IMG/VR virus record: IMGVR_UViG_3300024314_000003
DNA: 64,000 nt
From: an uncultured virus (IMG/VR IMGVR_UViG_3300024314_000003)
Taxonomy: Duplodnaviria > Heunggongvirae > Uroviricota > Caudoviricetes
Direction: 5' to 3' (one strand)
In this document: positions 17,846 to 33,751 of the stretch, piece by piece
Layout: each line of letters opens with the position of its first letter
Numbering within the stretch: the stretch's first letter is position 1
Program-made: the position numbers and the translations under genes
The notes under the pieces: model-generated
What the model saw: the letters and a program-made list of their open reading frames with translations, nothing else
Told to the model about the DNA's origin: nothing
The model's database searches: none

Positions 17846-19618
17846 ATGGCACAAATTCGTTCAAAACAAATTTCTGACTTTCTAAGTTCAATCACATGGG
17901 CAAATGTTGTATCGTCTGACAATGTAAAAATTGCAAACGTATGGGACATCAAACAAGGATTTGATACAGTAGACGCATCAGTAAACTCTTTAGAGACTTT
18001 CATCGCAGGTGAAGTATCTTCTTTAGAAGCTGTTGATACTGCTTTATCGGCTGAGATCGTAACAGAAAAAGAAAGAGTAGATGCAATCTTAGATTCTGCA
18101 GAAGCAGACAAAGATTCATTCGCTGAAATCGTTTCTTTAATCAACGCAGTTGATACTGAAAATGACAATGCATTCGCTTCATTCGTACTAAGAACAGATA
18201 AGTCAATCGATTCATTAGAATTAGTTGATGCTGATCTTCAGAGACAAATCACAAGCAATGACTCTGACATTCTTGGTTTAGAAGGTGACATCACTTCATT
18301 AGACACTAGAGTATTAGGTGTTGAAGGTGACTTAGCTTCTGAAATCGAAAGAGCAACTGGTAGAGAAAATGCTATTGAAGCTGCTTTAAACGCAGAGATC
18401 GCTGCAACTAACGCTGATTTTATCAATGTTAACGCATCTATCGATTCATTAGAAGTTGTTGACAATGGTTTTGCTGGTAACATCACTTCATTAGACACTA
18501 GAGTATCTGGTGTTGAAGGTGACTTACAAGCTGAAATCGACAGAGCAACTGCAATGGAAGGTAAGATATCTGCAGAATTATCTGCTGAGATCGCTGAAAC
18601 TGCTGCTGAGCAAGCTGTTCAAAACGCATCTATTGATTCTTTAGAAGCTGCTGACGCTGGTTTATCATCTTCTATCGAAGAGGAAGCAAGATTAAGAGCT
18701 GCTGCTGATTTAGCATTAGGTTCTAGAATCGACGCTAACGATTTAGACAACGCTAACTTAACATTATCTGTAAACTCTTTAGAGGTTGTTGATGGTGAAT
18801 TAGCATCTGACATCGCTACAGAAAAAGGTAGAATCGATGCAATCTTAGAAGCTTCAACTGCTGACAAAGATTCATTCGCTGAAATCGTTTCTTTAATCAA
18901 CTCTGTTGATACTGAAAATGATGATGCTTTTGCTGCATTCGTAGTAAGAACTGACGCATCTGTTGATTCTTTAGAAGTTGCTTTAGCTGCTGAAATCGCT
19001 TCAACTAACGCTGAGCAAATCGCACAAGACAGATCTATCGATTCTTTAGAAGCTGTTGATAACAATCTAGCGATTGCTATCGAGCAAGAAAAAGAAGATA
19101 GAGCTGGTGAAGACGCTAAGTTAAAAGCACAGATCGACGCTAACGACGCTGACAACTTATTATTAACTGCTTCAGTTAATTCTTTAGAGGTTGTTGACGG
19201 TGAATTAGCTGGTGACATCACTTCAATCGACACTAGAGTATTAGGTGTTGAAGGTGACTTAGCTGCTGAAATCACAAGAGCTGGTTCTGTTGAATCTGCT
19301 TTATCTGCTGAATTAGCTGCTGAGATAGCAACAACTAACGGAGAGGTAAATGTTATAAACGCATCTATCGATTCATTAGAAGTAGCTGTTGAAGAAGGTG
19401 GTACGTACCTAAGACAAACTGCAGTATTTACTGCAACTAACTTATTTACTTTACCTCAGCCAGTTGCATTCGGAACTAACGATGATTTAACTGTTTATGT
19501 AAACGGTGTATTCGTTGACTTCAGATGTACAGGTGGAACTGATATCGATTTCACAGGCTTATTAGCTTATGACGTTGATGCTAAGGACAAAGTTCAAGTT
19601 ATGGGTATAAAACTATAA
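17846..19618 (+). CDS. repetitive acidic coiled-coil fibre/whisker-like virion protein
   Basis: Repeats of SIDSLE.VD, GDITSLDTRVLGVEGDL.AEI and DKDSFAEIVSLIN; C-terminal VYVNGV beta domain. Confidence 0.7.
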   Translation: MAQIRSKQISDFLSSITWANVVSSDNVKIANVWDIKQGFDTVDASVNSLETFIAGEVSSLEAVDTALSAEIVTEKERVDAILDSAEADKDSFAEIVSLINAVDTENDNAFASFVLRTDKSIDSLELVDADLQRQITSNDSDILGLEGDITSLDTRVLGVEGDLASEIERATGRENAIEAALNAEIAATNADFINVNASIDSLEVVDNGFAGNITSLDTRVSGVEGDLQAEIDRATAMEGKISAELSAEIAETAAEQAVQNASIDSLEAADAGLSSSIEEEARLRAAADLALGSRIDANDLDNANLTLSVNSLEVVDGELASDIATEKGRIDAILEASTADKDSFAEIVSLINSVDTENDDAFAAFVVRTDASVDSLEVALAAEIASTNAEQIAQDRSIDSLEAVDNNLAIAIEQEKEDRAGEDAKLKAQIDANDADNLLLTASVNSLEVVDGELAGDITSIDTRVLGVEGDLAAEITRAGSVESALSAELAAEIATTNGEVNVINASIDSLEVAVEEGGTYLRQTAVFTATNLFTLPQPVAFGTNDDLTVYVNGVFVDFRCTGGTDIDFTGLLAYDVDAKDKVQVMGIKL

Positions 19619-19661
19619 TCTAAACTTCGGTTTAAATTATTAGCTTAATGCTTAATTGATT

Positions 19662-19690
19662 AAAGGCTCCTCGGAAGAGGAGCCTTTTTT
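19662..19690 (+). terminator. intrinsic terminator
   Basis: AAAGGCTCCTC-GGAA-GAGGAGCCTTT followed by T's. Confidence 0.85.
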
Positions 19691-19727
19691 ATTTAAAATA
19701 TATAGTAAAACAAAATATCGGTTTAAC

Positions 19728-20915
19728 ATGAACATTGGAATTACACTAGGATTACAACAGGATAATGAATCTCTTTGGATAAATGGAATCAAATTAAATG
19801 TATTAAATTTAATTGAAACTCTTTCTGAAATAGGAGATCATAGTGTATATGCGTTAGACACTAGTAATAAAGTTAAAGATCTGTCAAAGGTAGATTGGGA
19901 CACTTCTAAATATCCTATTTATAAATATGCAGATAAAGTAAATTCAACGGATTTATTAATACTTCTAGGAACTTCATTTAGTACCGAGCAAACAGTCGCC
20001 GTTAGAAAAAAGAATCCTAAAATTAAGATTATTAAATACTTTTGCGGTAATAATTATATTATAGATATGGAAAGAGTCTTATTTGATTCTAAAGAATCTG
20101 TAAGTAATTGGACGCATGGCCACGATGAAGCATGGTTTATTCCACAGCAGGAATATCAAAATAGATCATACTATCAAACAATGGGAAGGCTTTCTGCTGA
20201 CAAGGTTAAAGTGGTTCCATTTGTATGGAGTCCTAAGTTTATAAAAGAAGAAAATTCTAAAAACGTCAGAAATGGTATGAAAGACGCATTCTATAAAGGA
20301 GGCAAGAATGCAGAAGATATGAACCTATCTTCAATGGAACCTAATATGAATGTAGTTAAATATTGTATGCCTCTTATCATGATGGTAGAAGAACTATACA
20401 GAAAAAAGGGTAAAAAGGCGTTCAATGAATTTTGGGTAGGAAGTGGTAAAAGATTATTATCTAGTAAATACTTTATTAGTTCCATTAAACACTTAGATGT
20501 AACTCATTCCGGTAAATTAAAAATGTGCTCAAGGTACCCAGTAACTAATTTTCTTTCTGAGAAAACGGATATAGTTCTTTCACATCAATGGGATAATCCT
20601 TTAAACTATGCATATTTAGACGCTCTTTATTTTGGATATCCTTTAGTTCATAACGCAACAATGATAAAGGATGCAGGGTATTATTATAAAGGATTCGATA
20701 CAGTGTCAGCTGCAAAGATGTTAGAGAATGTATTAAATCATCATGATGAGATAGAAAAGGAATATACAGCAAAAAGCACAAAGGTTCTTTCAAGATATCT
20801 TACAACAAATCCTAACATCGTAGATACATATAAAAAACTAATAGAGAATATTTTTGAACCAGGAAAACATGCTCTATCAAACGAATATGACTGGTCAACA
20901 AACCTATATAAATAA
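19728..20915 (+). CDS. DUF2827-like putative glycosyltransferase
   Basis: MNIGIT..SLWINGI, VPFVWSP, EPNMNVVK and SHQWDNPLNYAYLDALYFGYPLVHN; probable ATG at 19728. Confidence 0.7.
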   Translation: MNIGITLGLQQDNESLWINGIKLNVLNLIETLSEIGDHSVYALDTSNKVKDLSKVDWDTSKYPIYKYADKVNSTDLLILLGTSFSTEQTVAVRKKNPKIKIIKYFCGNNYIIDMERVLFDSKESVSNWTHGHDEAWFIPQQEYQNRSYYQTMGRLSADKVKVVPFVWSPKFIKEENSKNVRNGMKDAFYKGGKNAEDMNLSSMEPNMNVVKYCMPLIMMVEELYRKKGKKAFNEFWVGSGKRLLSSKYFISSIKHLDVTHSGKLKMCSRYPVTNFLSEKTDIVLSHQWDNPLNYAYLDALYFGYPLVHNATMIKDAGYYYKGFDTVSAAKMLENVLNHHDEIEKEYTAKSTKVLSRYLTTNPNIVDTYKKLIENIFEPGKHALSNEYDWSTNLYK

Positions 20916-20927
20916 ACATAATAAATA

Positions 20928-21698
20928 ATGGAATTAAAAGAAGTAATTGAAGCGGCTGCAAAGCCAAAGATTAGTATTATCATGCAATCATATCTTGGTA
21001 ATTATCCAGGATCTAGGAAAGATTCACATTCTAAATTTTTAAGAGCAGTCCAGAGTTTTCAAAATCAATTATATAAAAACTGTGAATTAATAATAGTAGC
21101 AGACAATTGCATGGAAACAAAGTCACTATATGATGCTCATTTTCAAACTGAAGATAACATAAGATTAATATACGTTTCTAGAAACTCAAAAGAAATGAGT
21201 ACATATATGCAAAACGAAGAAGGCAACAAATATTATAGAGGTTTTCCTCGTAGAGTAGGAGTAGGAGCCGCAACTGGAAATTTAATTACATATATGGATT
21301 CAGACGATATGTTATTAGAAGAACATACACTACACCTAATGATAGAGTTTAATAAAAACCCTGACGCTAATTGGTGGATTAACAGATCTTGGTACGATAA
21401 CGAAGTAATGAAATTTAAAGACGATAAAACATTTGAAGATTCTACAGAATATGGTGAAGAACTTCCAGATGTTGAAGGAAAGTGGAACATAACAAGAATA
21501 AAGGAAGGTTTAGTAGTAATGAGTCCTTGGTTGTTTATGCATAAACCATCTGCATCTGTTTTATGGAGAGATACTTGGGGTAACGTAAGTGAAGATTCAG
21601 ATTTCAACGTAAGATTCAGAGAAAATCATAAAGGCGGAGCAGTAATGAACCGACCAACATACGTAAGATGTCACTTTACAGATAAGTGGGATTTTTAA
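20928..21698 (+). CDS. glycosyltransferase family 2
   Basis: ISIIMQSY, ELIIVAD, YMDSDD (DxD) and SEDSDF motifs. Confidence 0.85.
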   Translation: MELKEVIEAAAKPKISIIMQSYLGNYPGSRKDSHSKFLRAVQSFQNQLYKNCELIIVADNCMETKSLYDAHFQTEDNIRLIYVSRNSKEMSTYMQNEEGNKYYRGFPRRVGVGAATGNLITYMDSDDMLLEEHTLHLMIEFNKNPDANWWINRSWYDNEVMKFKDDKTFEDSTEYGEELPDVEGKWNITRIKEGLVVMSPWLFMHKPSASVLWRDTWGNVSEDSDFNVRFRENHKGGAVMNRPTYVRCHFTDKWDF

Positions 21699-21817
21699 TA
21701 CGTAAAATAATATCTTATACTATAGATTCTGGGACCTTTATCCCATCAATTTATAATATATAAGATTGAGTGGAATTATTCCACATTTAAAATAAATAAA
21801 AAAAAATGTAACTATTC

Positions 21818-22594
21818 ATGTCATTAATTAAAATCAAGCAAATTGACGGCTTACAGGCTGCTCTTGATCTTATTAACACCAGCATTGAATCAGGTTCGCT
21901 TAAATCAGCTTACACACAGGAAGACCACGGTTTTTCTGCTGGAGTTGTTATAGCTTATGTGGGTTCTAGATGGGTGTTAGCTGATTCAAGCACTGCTAAC
22001 AAGCTAGGAAGATTAATCATCGAATCTATTGTAGACGCGGACAATTTTATCGCTGTGCAAGTTGGAACTATTAACGTTTCAGCATGGCCTAAATTGGACC
22101 AGTTAGTTCCCGGAGATTTCTACGTTGTAGATAACTCAGGTAACGGTACTTTAGAAGATTACGTTAATACTGGTGATCCAGGTTTTGCATACAGCAATCC
22201 TGTTTTACAAGCATTAACAGAAACAGTGGGTCATGTTCTTCCATGGAGACCATCGCAGTCGCCAACAGACCTAATTCAACCAGAAGAATTCACACAGACT
22301 TCGTTCTCTGCTGTAACTTCAGGTAATTACTCATCAACAGGACTTACACTAACGTATACTCCTTTCCAAGATTCAACAGTTCAAGTATTCTTAAACGGTA
22401 TAGCACTTGACGAATCTTATAATGATAGAAACGGAGACGTATATTTCTCAAGAGACGGTGGTGCAACTGCTGTTCCTGCTTCTGACTTAGATGCTGGAGA
22501 TACACTTTACTGGAACGGAACTCTTGCAGGTTATGAGCTTGCTGGAACTGATCAGTTTGAAGTAGTATACGACAAAAGTAATCTAGACGACTAA
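21818..22594 (+). CDS. putative virion structural protein
   Basis: N-terminal IKIKQI resembles IRSKQI of 17846; C-terminal domain shared with 16449; directly precedes the collagen fibre. Confidence 0.6.
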   Translation: MSLIKIKQIDGLQAALDLINTSIESGSLKSAYTQEDHGFSAGVVIAYVGSRWVLADSSTANKLGRLIIESIVDADNFIAVQVGTINVSAWPKLDQLVPGDFYVVDNSGNGTLEDYVNTGDPGFAYSNPVLQALTETVGHVLPWRPSQSPTDLIQPEEFTQTSFSAVTSGNYSSTGLTLTYTPFQDSTVQVFLNGIALDESYNDRNGDVYFSRDGGATAVPASDLDAGDTLYWNGTLAGYELAGTDQFEVVYDKSNLDD

Positions 22595-22614
22595 AAAAAA
22601 TAAATTATTAAAAC

Positions 22615-28173
<5,559 letters not shown>

Positions 28174-28197
28174 TTTAAATCATCAAGATAATTTTAG

Positions 28198-28227
28198 AAA
28201 GGGTCCTCGAAAGAGGACCCTTTTTTT
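28198..28227 (+). terminator. intrinsic terminator
   Basis: AAAGGGTCCTC-GAAA-GAGGACCCTTT followed by T's. Confidence 0.88.
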
Positions 28228-28321
28228 ATGTGATATATAGATTGTAATAACTTATTATCTTATTACACTTAGTAAACAATTTAAAATATCTAAGTATAAC
28301 TAATATTATAGAACACAATCG

Positions 28322-29254
28322 ATGGATAATAAAATCAAACATGATACGTTTAACAAGAATGTAAAATTCTATGTGGAAAGCGTAACTAAGAATACAGACA
28401 CATATACTCTTAATGGATGGGTTGGATTAATAGGCGGAGAAGCTTTAGGCTTTTCAATGTCAAATGAACCTCTTAAAGTTCAATTTTTAGGTGATAGGCA
28501 AGACGTAATGGAAGTATATTCAAATCAGCTTACTAATCAGAATATGTCATTTACTATTGAGGTTCCTTTTGATAAAAAACTAAAAACACTAGTCATCCAT
28601 ACTAGTATTGGAGAAACTGCAATAGGTCCAATCGGACACTGGTTATCGTATCATTCAGGATTTGCAAATACATCAAAGGATGTTATAGTAGTAGATAATT
28701 TTTATAATGATCCTGACCTTGTAAGAGAATGGGCAATGAACCATTTAGAATTTACACCTTCCGATTATCACAAGGGCCAAAGAGCAAATGAAAGATTTAT
28801 CTTAGATGGAACTAAAGAAAAACTAGAAGAAATTATAGGAAAACCAATATTCAATTGGAATCACGACAGGTATGCTAACGGAATATTTCAATTTTGTACA
28901 GCAGATCAACAGATTGTTTATCACGTGGATAATCAAACTTATGCAGCAATGGTATATTTAACACCTGACGCTCCACCTACATCTGGAACTGCGTTCTATA
29001 GAAGTAAAGTCACGGGTGATTATACATTCGATGACGATAAAAGAAAAACCCAAGCATACATAGATGCATTCAAGGGTAATAGTAATGAAATGAATTTTTA
29101 CGATGGATCTAATTTTGAAAAAATAGATGAAGTAGGAAATGTGTATAATAGATTAGTCTTGTTTAATGCTAAAAATATCCACGCTGCGACTCAGTATTTT
29201 GGAGATGCAATTGACAATGCTAGATTTTTTCACATGTTCTTTTTTGACGTATAA
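28322..29254 (+). CDS. 2OG-Fe(II) oxygenase-like protein (C-terminal domain)
   Basis: VIVVDNFY, HxD (YHVD), AMVYLTP, SGTAFY, YNRLVLF, distal His (IHAA) and ARFF..FFF. Confidence 0.7.
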   Translation: MDNKIKHDTFNKNVKFYVESVTKNTDTYTLNGWVGLIGGEALGFSMSNEPLKVQFLGDRQDVMEVYSNQLTNQNMSFTIEVPFDKKLKTLVIHTSIGETAIGPIGHWLSYHSGFANTSKDVIVVDNFYNDPDLVREWAMNHLEFTPSDYHKGQRANERFILDGTKEKLEEIIGKPIFNWNHDRYANGIFQFCTADQQIVYHVDNQTYAAMVYLTPDAPPTSGTAFYRSKVTGDYTFDDDKRKTQAYIDAFKGNSNEMNFYDGSNFEKIDEVGNVYNRLVLFNAKNIHAATQYFGDAIDNARFFHMFFFDV

Positions 29255-29268
29255 AAACAAATATAAAT

Positions 29269-31143
29269 ATGAAGATTAATATTATTACAAGGTGTACCAG
29301 AACAAGTAACCTTTTAACAATTAAAGAAGGAGTATTAAATGCGCCTAAGGGAGTAACAGTAAATTGGCACATTGTATTTGATACAGGAGCATTAAAGGAT
29401 ATTGATGCAGAGGTTCTCTCGAACTTAACAGATACTGTCAATGTCAAATTACATTTTGTAAAAGGACAAAGAGGAGGATTATTATATCCTGAAGTTTCTG
29501 ATATTATTAGAACAATCAAATCAGGTTGGATCTATTTACTAGATGATGATAACATTATACACGAAGACTTTTACAAAACTATTAAAGCGAGTATAAAGAA
29601 TCTTCCAATTGCACAGGTTCATATCGTTTCTCAATTAGTTGCAGGTAGAGATTTTACCGGACAAGAAATTAGAGTAGCTAGTCGTGAAAATACTGCATTT
29701 CAGAAAATTGACATTGCACAGATGGTTATTAATAGAAGCATATTTGATACTCATTCGTTTAGTGCAAATTATGCAGCAGACGGTTTCTTTATAGAAGAAG
29801 TATTAAAAACACATGGTGATTCATTCGTATGGATTGACAAGGTTTTATGCCACTACAATTATTTAGAAAAAGTACCAAGTGCAAAAATACCTAAAATAAT
29901 TTATATAGGAAAAACTAAGCCAGAATTAAAGTCTATAAAATATTTATCGTATGAAGCAGATGAATTAGACGTTAAATACTTAGAAGACGATAGTGAAGTA
30001 ATTAACGCAGTTACGTCGTTTAATCCTGATGCAATTATTACAAATGGAGAATCATGGAAAGAGTTTCCTAACCTAGCTTCTCTTCCTCTCCAATTTAGAA
30101 AAAGGTGGTTTAATTCTGAGAACACGGAAAATATAGGAAACACTGCATATTCCGTAGCAATGAATTCTATTCTATCTCCTTCTAACCTAGAAGATGATCA
30201 GATGATTTCATTCTTTACGCCTATATATAATACTGGTGAAAAGTTATGGAACACATATAGATCCGTAAGAGATCAGACGTATAATAACTGGGAATGGGTT
30301 TTAGTAAATGATTCCACCGATGGAGGTAAAACTTTAAAGATAGCAGAAGAAATTGCGTTAGTAGATCCAAGAGTAAAGGTGTATGATTTTAGAGAAAAAT
30401 CAGGAGGATGTATTGGAGAATCTAAATACAGATGTTGTTCTCTTGCTAAAGGATATATTCTAGCAGAATTAGACCATGATGACTTATTGGTTAAAACATG
30501 TGCAGAAGATTTACATAATGCTGCACAGGCACATCCTGATTGTGGTATGTTTTATGGAGATACTGCCGAGGTAAATGAAGAGTGGGAAAATCAAAGATAT
30601 GGAGAAGGGTTTGCATTAGGATATGGTTCTTATAGAGAAGAAGAGTATGAAGGTAGAATGTTGTCACCTGCTAATCAACAGAATATTAATCCAAAAACAA
30701 TCAGACATATTGTAGGAGTTCCAAATCACGTTAGAGCATGGAGAAGATCTACTTATTTTGAAATAGGAGGACATAACAGAAGTCTAACAATTGCAGATGA
30801 TTTTGAATTAGTGATCAGAAGCTTCCTATATTCTAAGATATGTAAAATACCTAAACTAAGCTATATTCAATTTCTCTATAATAATCAAGGTGGAAGAAAC
30901 ACTCATGATTTATCAAGAGCAGACATTCAAAGAAGAGTTAGAACAATAGCACAATATTATAATGAACAAATCAACGCTAGATTTATTGAATTAGGAATAG
31001 AAGATTGGGCATATAATGAAAGCCCTGACTATCCTATCTCAGCAGAGTCAAGATATGGAGAAGAAGAAGGAGTTGCTAACGAAACATACGCTGAAAAATC
31101 AGGAGTTGAAAAAAAAGTAACTAAATTAGAAAAAGTAAAATAA
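29269..31143 (+). CDS. multi-domain glycosyltransferase (two GT2-like domains)
   Basis: N-terminal LLDDDN..ADG domain; C-terminal FTPIYN, WEWVLVNDS, ELDHDD and ADDFEL. Confidence 0.85.
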   Translation: MKINIITRCTRTSNLLTIKEGVLNAPKGVTVNWHIVFDTGALKDIDAEVLSNLTDTVNVKLHFVKGQRGGLLYPEVSDIIRTIKSGWIYLLDDDNIIHEDFYKTIKASIKNLPIAQVHIVSQLVAGRDFTGQEIRVASRENTAFQKIDIAQMVINRSIFDTHSFSANYAADGFFIEEVLKTHGDSFVWIDKVLCHYNYLEKVPSAKIPKIIYIGKTKPELKSIKYLSYEADELDVKYLEDDSEVINAVTSFNPDAIITNGESWKEFPNLASLPLQFRKRWFNSENTENIGNTAYSVAMNSILSPSNLEDDQMISFFTPIYNTGEKLWNTYRSVRDQTYNNWEWVLVNDSTDGGKTLKIAEEIALVDPRVKVYDFREKSGGCIGESKYRCCSLAKGYILAELDHDDLLVKTCAEDLHNAAQAHPDCGMFYGDTAEVNEEWENQRYGEGFALGYGSYREEEYEGRMLSPANQQNINPKTIRHIVGVPNHVRAWRRSTYFEIGGHNRSLTIADDFELVIRSFLYSKICKIPKLSYIQFLYNNQGGRNTHDLSRADIQRRVRTIAQYYNEQINARFIELGIEDWAYNESPDYPISAESRYGEEEGVANETYAEKSGVEKKVTKLEKVK

Positions 31144-31760
31144 TGGGAAAATACGTAGAAATTTTAGATGCAAGCGATTGGGATGCATGGTGTGACAAAT
31201 ACATCGATCCCCTTTTAAGAAAAGGAGAATATGAACTCATAGTTGACGAAGCGGCTCCGAGTGTTTTAGTATTTCCTTTATTTAAAGAACAGTTTTGTAA
31301 AGATCTAATTGAACTATGTGAAACTGAAGGAGAATGGACAGTAGATAGACATGAATTTTATCCAACAACCGACATGCTCATTGACAAAGTATGGATGAAT
31401 GAAATTTACTCAAAGGTTCTTAACGAATTTGTTAGGCCATTAGGAATATGGTTCTGGACTTTAGAAGGAAAGCAGTGGAATTCTATGTCAGATGAAACAT
31501 TTATTGTAAAGTATACTACAGAAACACAAGCGCACCTTTCTCTTCACCATGATAATAGCCATTTAACAACTGTTGTTAGAATGAATGAAGATTTTACAGG
31601 AGGTGGAACTTATTTCCCATTATATAAGGCAAATATTAGTCCTCCTAGAGTTGGAATGGCAGCTTTACACCCAGGTGCAATTACACATAGACACGGTGCA
31701 AAGCCTATTTTTTCAGGAACAAGGTATATTACTGTAAGTTTCTGTAAGATGAGTGGATAA
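31143..31760 (+). CDS. PLOD-like (procollagen lysyl hydroxylase-type) 2OG-Fe(II) dioxygenase
   Basis: FPLFKEQFC, PTTD, FIVKY, LSLHHDNS, GGGTYF, LHPGAITHRHG and GTRYITVSF parallel the PLOD catalytic domain (FVVRY..LRPHHDSS..GGG..HPGRLTHYHEG..GTRYIMVSF). Confidence 0.8.
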   Translation: MGKYVEILDASDWDAWCDKYIDPLLRKGEYELIVDEAAPSVLVFPLFKEQFCKDLIELCETEGEWTVDRHEFYPTTDMLIDKVWMNEIYSKVLNEFVRPLGIWFWTLEGKQWNSMSDETFIVKYTTETQAHLSLHHDNSHLTTVVRMNEDFTGGGTYFPLYKANISPPRVGMAALHPGAITHRHGAKPIFSGTRYITVSFCKMSG

Positions 31761-31767
31761 ATAGAAT

Positions 31768-32721
31768 ATGAAGCAAATACAATCATTCAACCAATTTATT
31801 AACGAAAGCCTAAACGAAGATACTAATGATCTTTTTAAAGTTTATCTAGCAATTGATCCCGACTCAGGTCACAGGTGGTGGTCTTATAAAGGATTTGCGT
31901 CAGATAATTTCTTTATACAAATCAATAAAGACAATTATAAAGACATAGATATTAATCCAGACTATCCTATATTAACCTATAATTCAGGAGTAGTTGAAAC
32001 CCTTTTAAAGGAAGGATTAGTTAAAAAAGAAAATGTATATAATAGACCAGAATTCATTAAGCAATCTGGATCTAAGGCAGAGTTTCATAAAATAGTCGAT
32101 GGAGATGAAAACATTCCACAAACATGCCATGACGAGAAAGAAGCTTTAGAAATTGGTTTTCCATTAATTGCAAAGCCAGCTGAAGGACATTCAGGTATTG
32201 GAATTCAGGTTTTTAAATCTCAGGAAGATTGGGATAAAGCTGATCATTCTAAATTTGACGTATATTCCGAATTCGTAGATAAGAAATCAGAGCATAGAAT
32301 AATTAACTTTAAAGGAGATGCTTTCTTTTGGATGGAAAGAGAACCATTAAATGATAAAGCAAAATCAGGTGATGGTGACGGAAAAGAAGAAATGAATTTT
32401 AAATATATCAAAAGAGATATTACAACTCTTCCTGAAAAATTTAAAACACTAATAGAAAAATTCTGTGATAAGTTTAAAGATTTACCATATATATGTTTTG
32501 ATATAATGGAAGATCAAGAAGGAAAATTGTATATTATAGAAAGTAATTCTCAACCTGGAGTTCCTTATGATTCTACTGTGCAAATATACCGTAAAATATT
32601 TAAAGACTTTTACGGAAGAGAAGTAAACAAAGATACTGACAAGGCCCTAACAAAATTATCTAATGATTTAGATAAAAAAACTATAGAACTTGACAGCGAA
32701 CGATTCGAAATAAAAGAATAA
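31768..32721 (+). CDS. ATP-grasp ligase-like protein with N-terminal CTS-like peptide
   Basis: FPLIAKPAEGHSGIGI, EHR, CFDIM and IIESNSQPG (ExNxxP) motifs. Confidence 0.8.
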   Translation: MKQIQSFNQFINESLNEDTNDLFKVYLAIDPDSGHRWWSYKGFASDNFFIQINKDNYKDIDINPDYPILTYNSGVVETLLKEGLVKKENVYNRPEFIKQSGSKAEFHKIVDGDENIPQTCHDEKEALEIGFPLIAKPAEGHSGIGIQVFKSQEDWDKADHSKFDVYSEFVDKKSEHRIINFKGDAFFWMEREPLNDKAKSGDGDGKEEMNFKYIKRDITTLPEKFKTLIEKFCDKFKDLPYICFDIMEDQEGKLYIIESNSQPGVPYDSTVQIYRKIFKDFYGREVNKDTDKALTKLSNDLDKKTIELDSERFEIKE

Positions 32722-32724
32722 ATT

Positions 32725-32949
32725 ATGGCATATCCGGATATGACTTGTATGCATGTGAACTTATGGGTTCATCACATGGACATTGACAAACTGTTTGACT
32801 TTATAACAGAAAGAATTAAAGAACCACCTAGCTATTGGATTTCTAGAGAATCTTGTCCTTCTACAATTACAGGAGGATATGCAGAAATTAACGTATCATA
32901 TAACACATATCTTATGATAAGACGTGTTAAAGAACACGGACACTTTTAA
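32725..32949 (+). CDS. hypothetical protein (likely paralog of 15186..15383)
   Basis: VNLWV..DIDKL...INVSYNTY pattern. Confidence 0.6.
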   Translation: MAYPDMTCMHVNLWVHHMDIDKLFDFITERIKEPPSYWISRESCPSTITGGYAEINVSYNTYLMIRRVKEHGHF

Positions 32950-33005
32950 TTGAAACAATTCCAAATGGAAGTGTATAGTTAAGTATAGTTAATAAACTTC
33001 CAAGT

Positions 33006-33473
33006 ATGAATAGATTATGGTTACGATTTGCACTGTGTATTTACGCAATATTATATACAGTGTGTCTGCCATTAATCCTAGGCATAGAGGATAGTTATAG
33101 TGATTATCATCAATTAAAACCAATCTTATTCCCTTTATTAACAATAGGAGTTTCATTAGGATTATGGCTTCATCGTTCTATTGAATGGAAAATACCGGCA
33201 TTCTTATTAATAATCATAGCAAGCTTTAGCGTTGCAAATTACCCTACAATACATAATATATCTGCTATTCTATTTTTTATGTCATCGACATGGATCATGC
33301 TCTTTGATAAAAGATTTAAAATCTTTGGAATAATATCTGCAATATTATATCCAACACTCTTTATAAACACTGAACAGAATTTATTCTTGTTTGAAGTGTT
33401 ACAGATACCTATTCTTTCCTTTTATCATTTCTCTAGAGTAGTATACTTAATGAGATTAAAGAAGAAAATATAA
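33006..33473 (+). CDS. multi-pass membrane protein
   Basis: About five hydrophobic segments; class II promoter at 32953. Confidence 0.75.
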   Translation: MNRLWLRFALCIYAILYTVCLPLILGIEDSYSDYHQLKPILFPLLTIGVSLGLWLHRSIEWKIPAFLLIIIASFSVANYPTIHNISAILFFMSSTWIMLFDKRFKIFGIISAILYPTLFINTEQNLFLFEVLQIPILSFYHFSRVVYLMRLKKKI

Positions 33474-33502
33474 ACAATTACACATATTTGAGTATAATCT
33501 AT

Positions 33503-33751
33503 ATGGCAAAGAAGAAAAAGAAGCTAGAGATTATTCACGTTAAGAAGCCAATTATTGGCGAAACGTACTATTTCTATTTCGCAGGATCATGGGAAGTAGG
33601 AAAGTTAGAAGGTACCTCTGACAAATTAACAGAAACATACGGCCATCGATGGTTTACATTTGTTAATGGAAATTATGGAAGACAAATGAGATATCCAGTC
33701 TCTATTTATAATATTAGAAAAACTCACCCAAAACAAGAAAAAGATGTATAG
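33503..33751 (+). CDS. hypothetical protein
   Basis: Probable ATG at 33503 after a class II promoter (33472-33498). Confidence 0.65.
   Translation: MAKKKKKLEIIHVKKPIIGETYYFYFAGSWEVGKLEGTSDKLTETYGHRWFTFVNGNYGRQMRYPVSIYNIRKTHPKQEKDV

Noticed and set aside
18238..19275. Antisense ORFs within the coiled-coil fibre gene, and similar ones opposite clpC, LOG and baseplate genes
   Set aside because: Shadow ORFs of strongly biased sense-strand codon usage.
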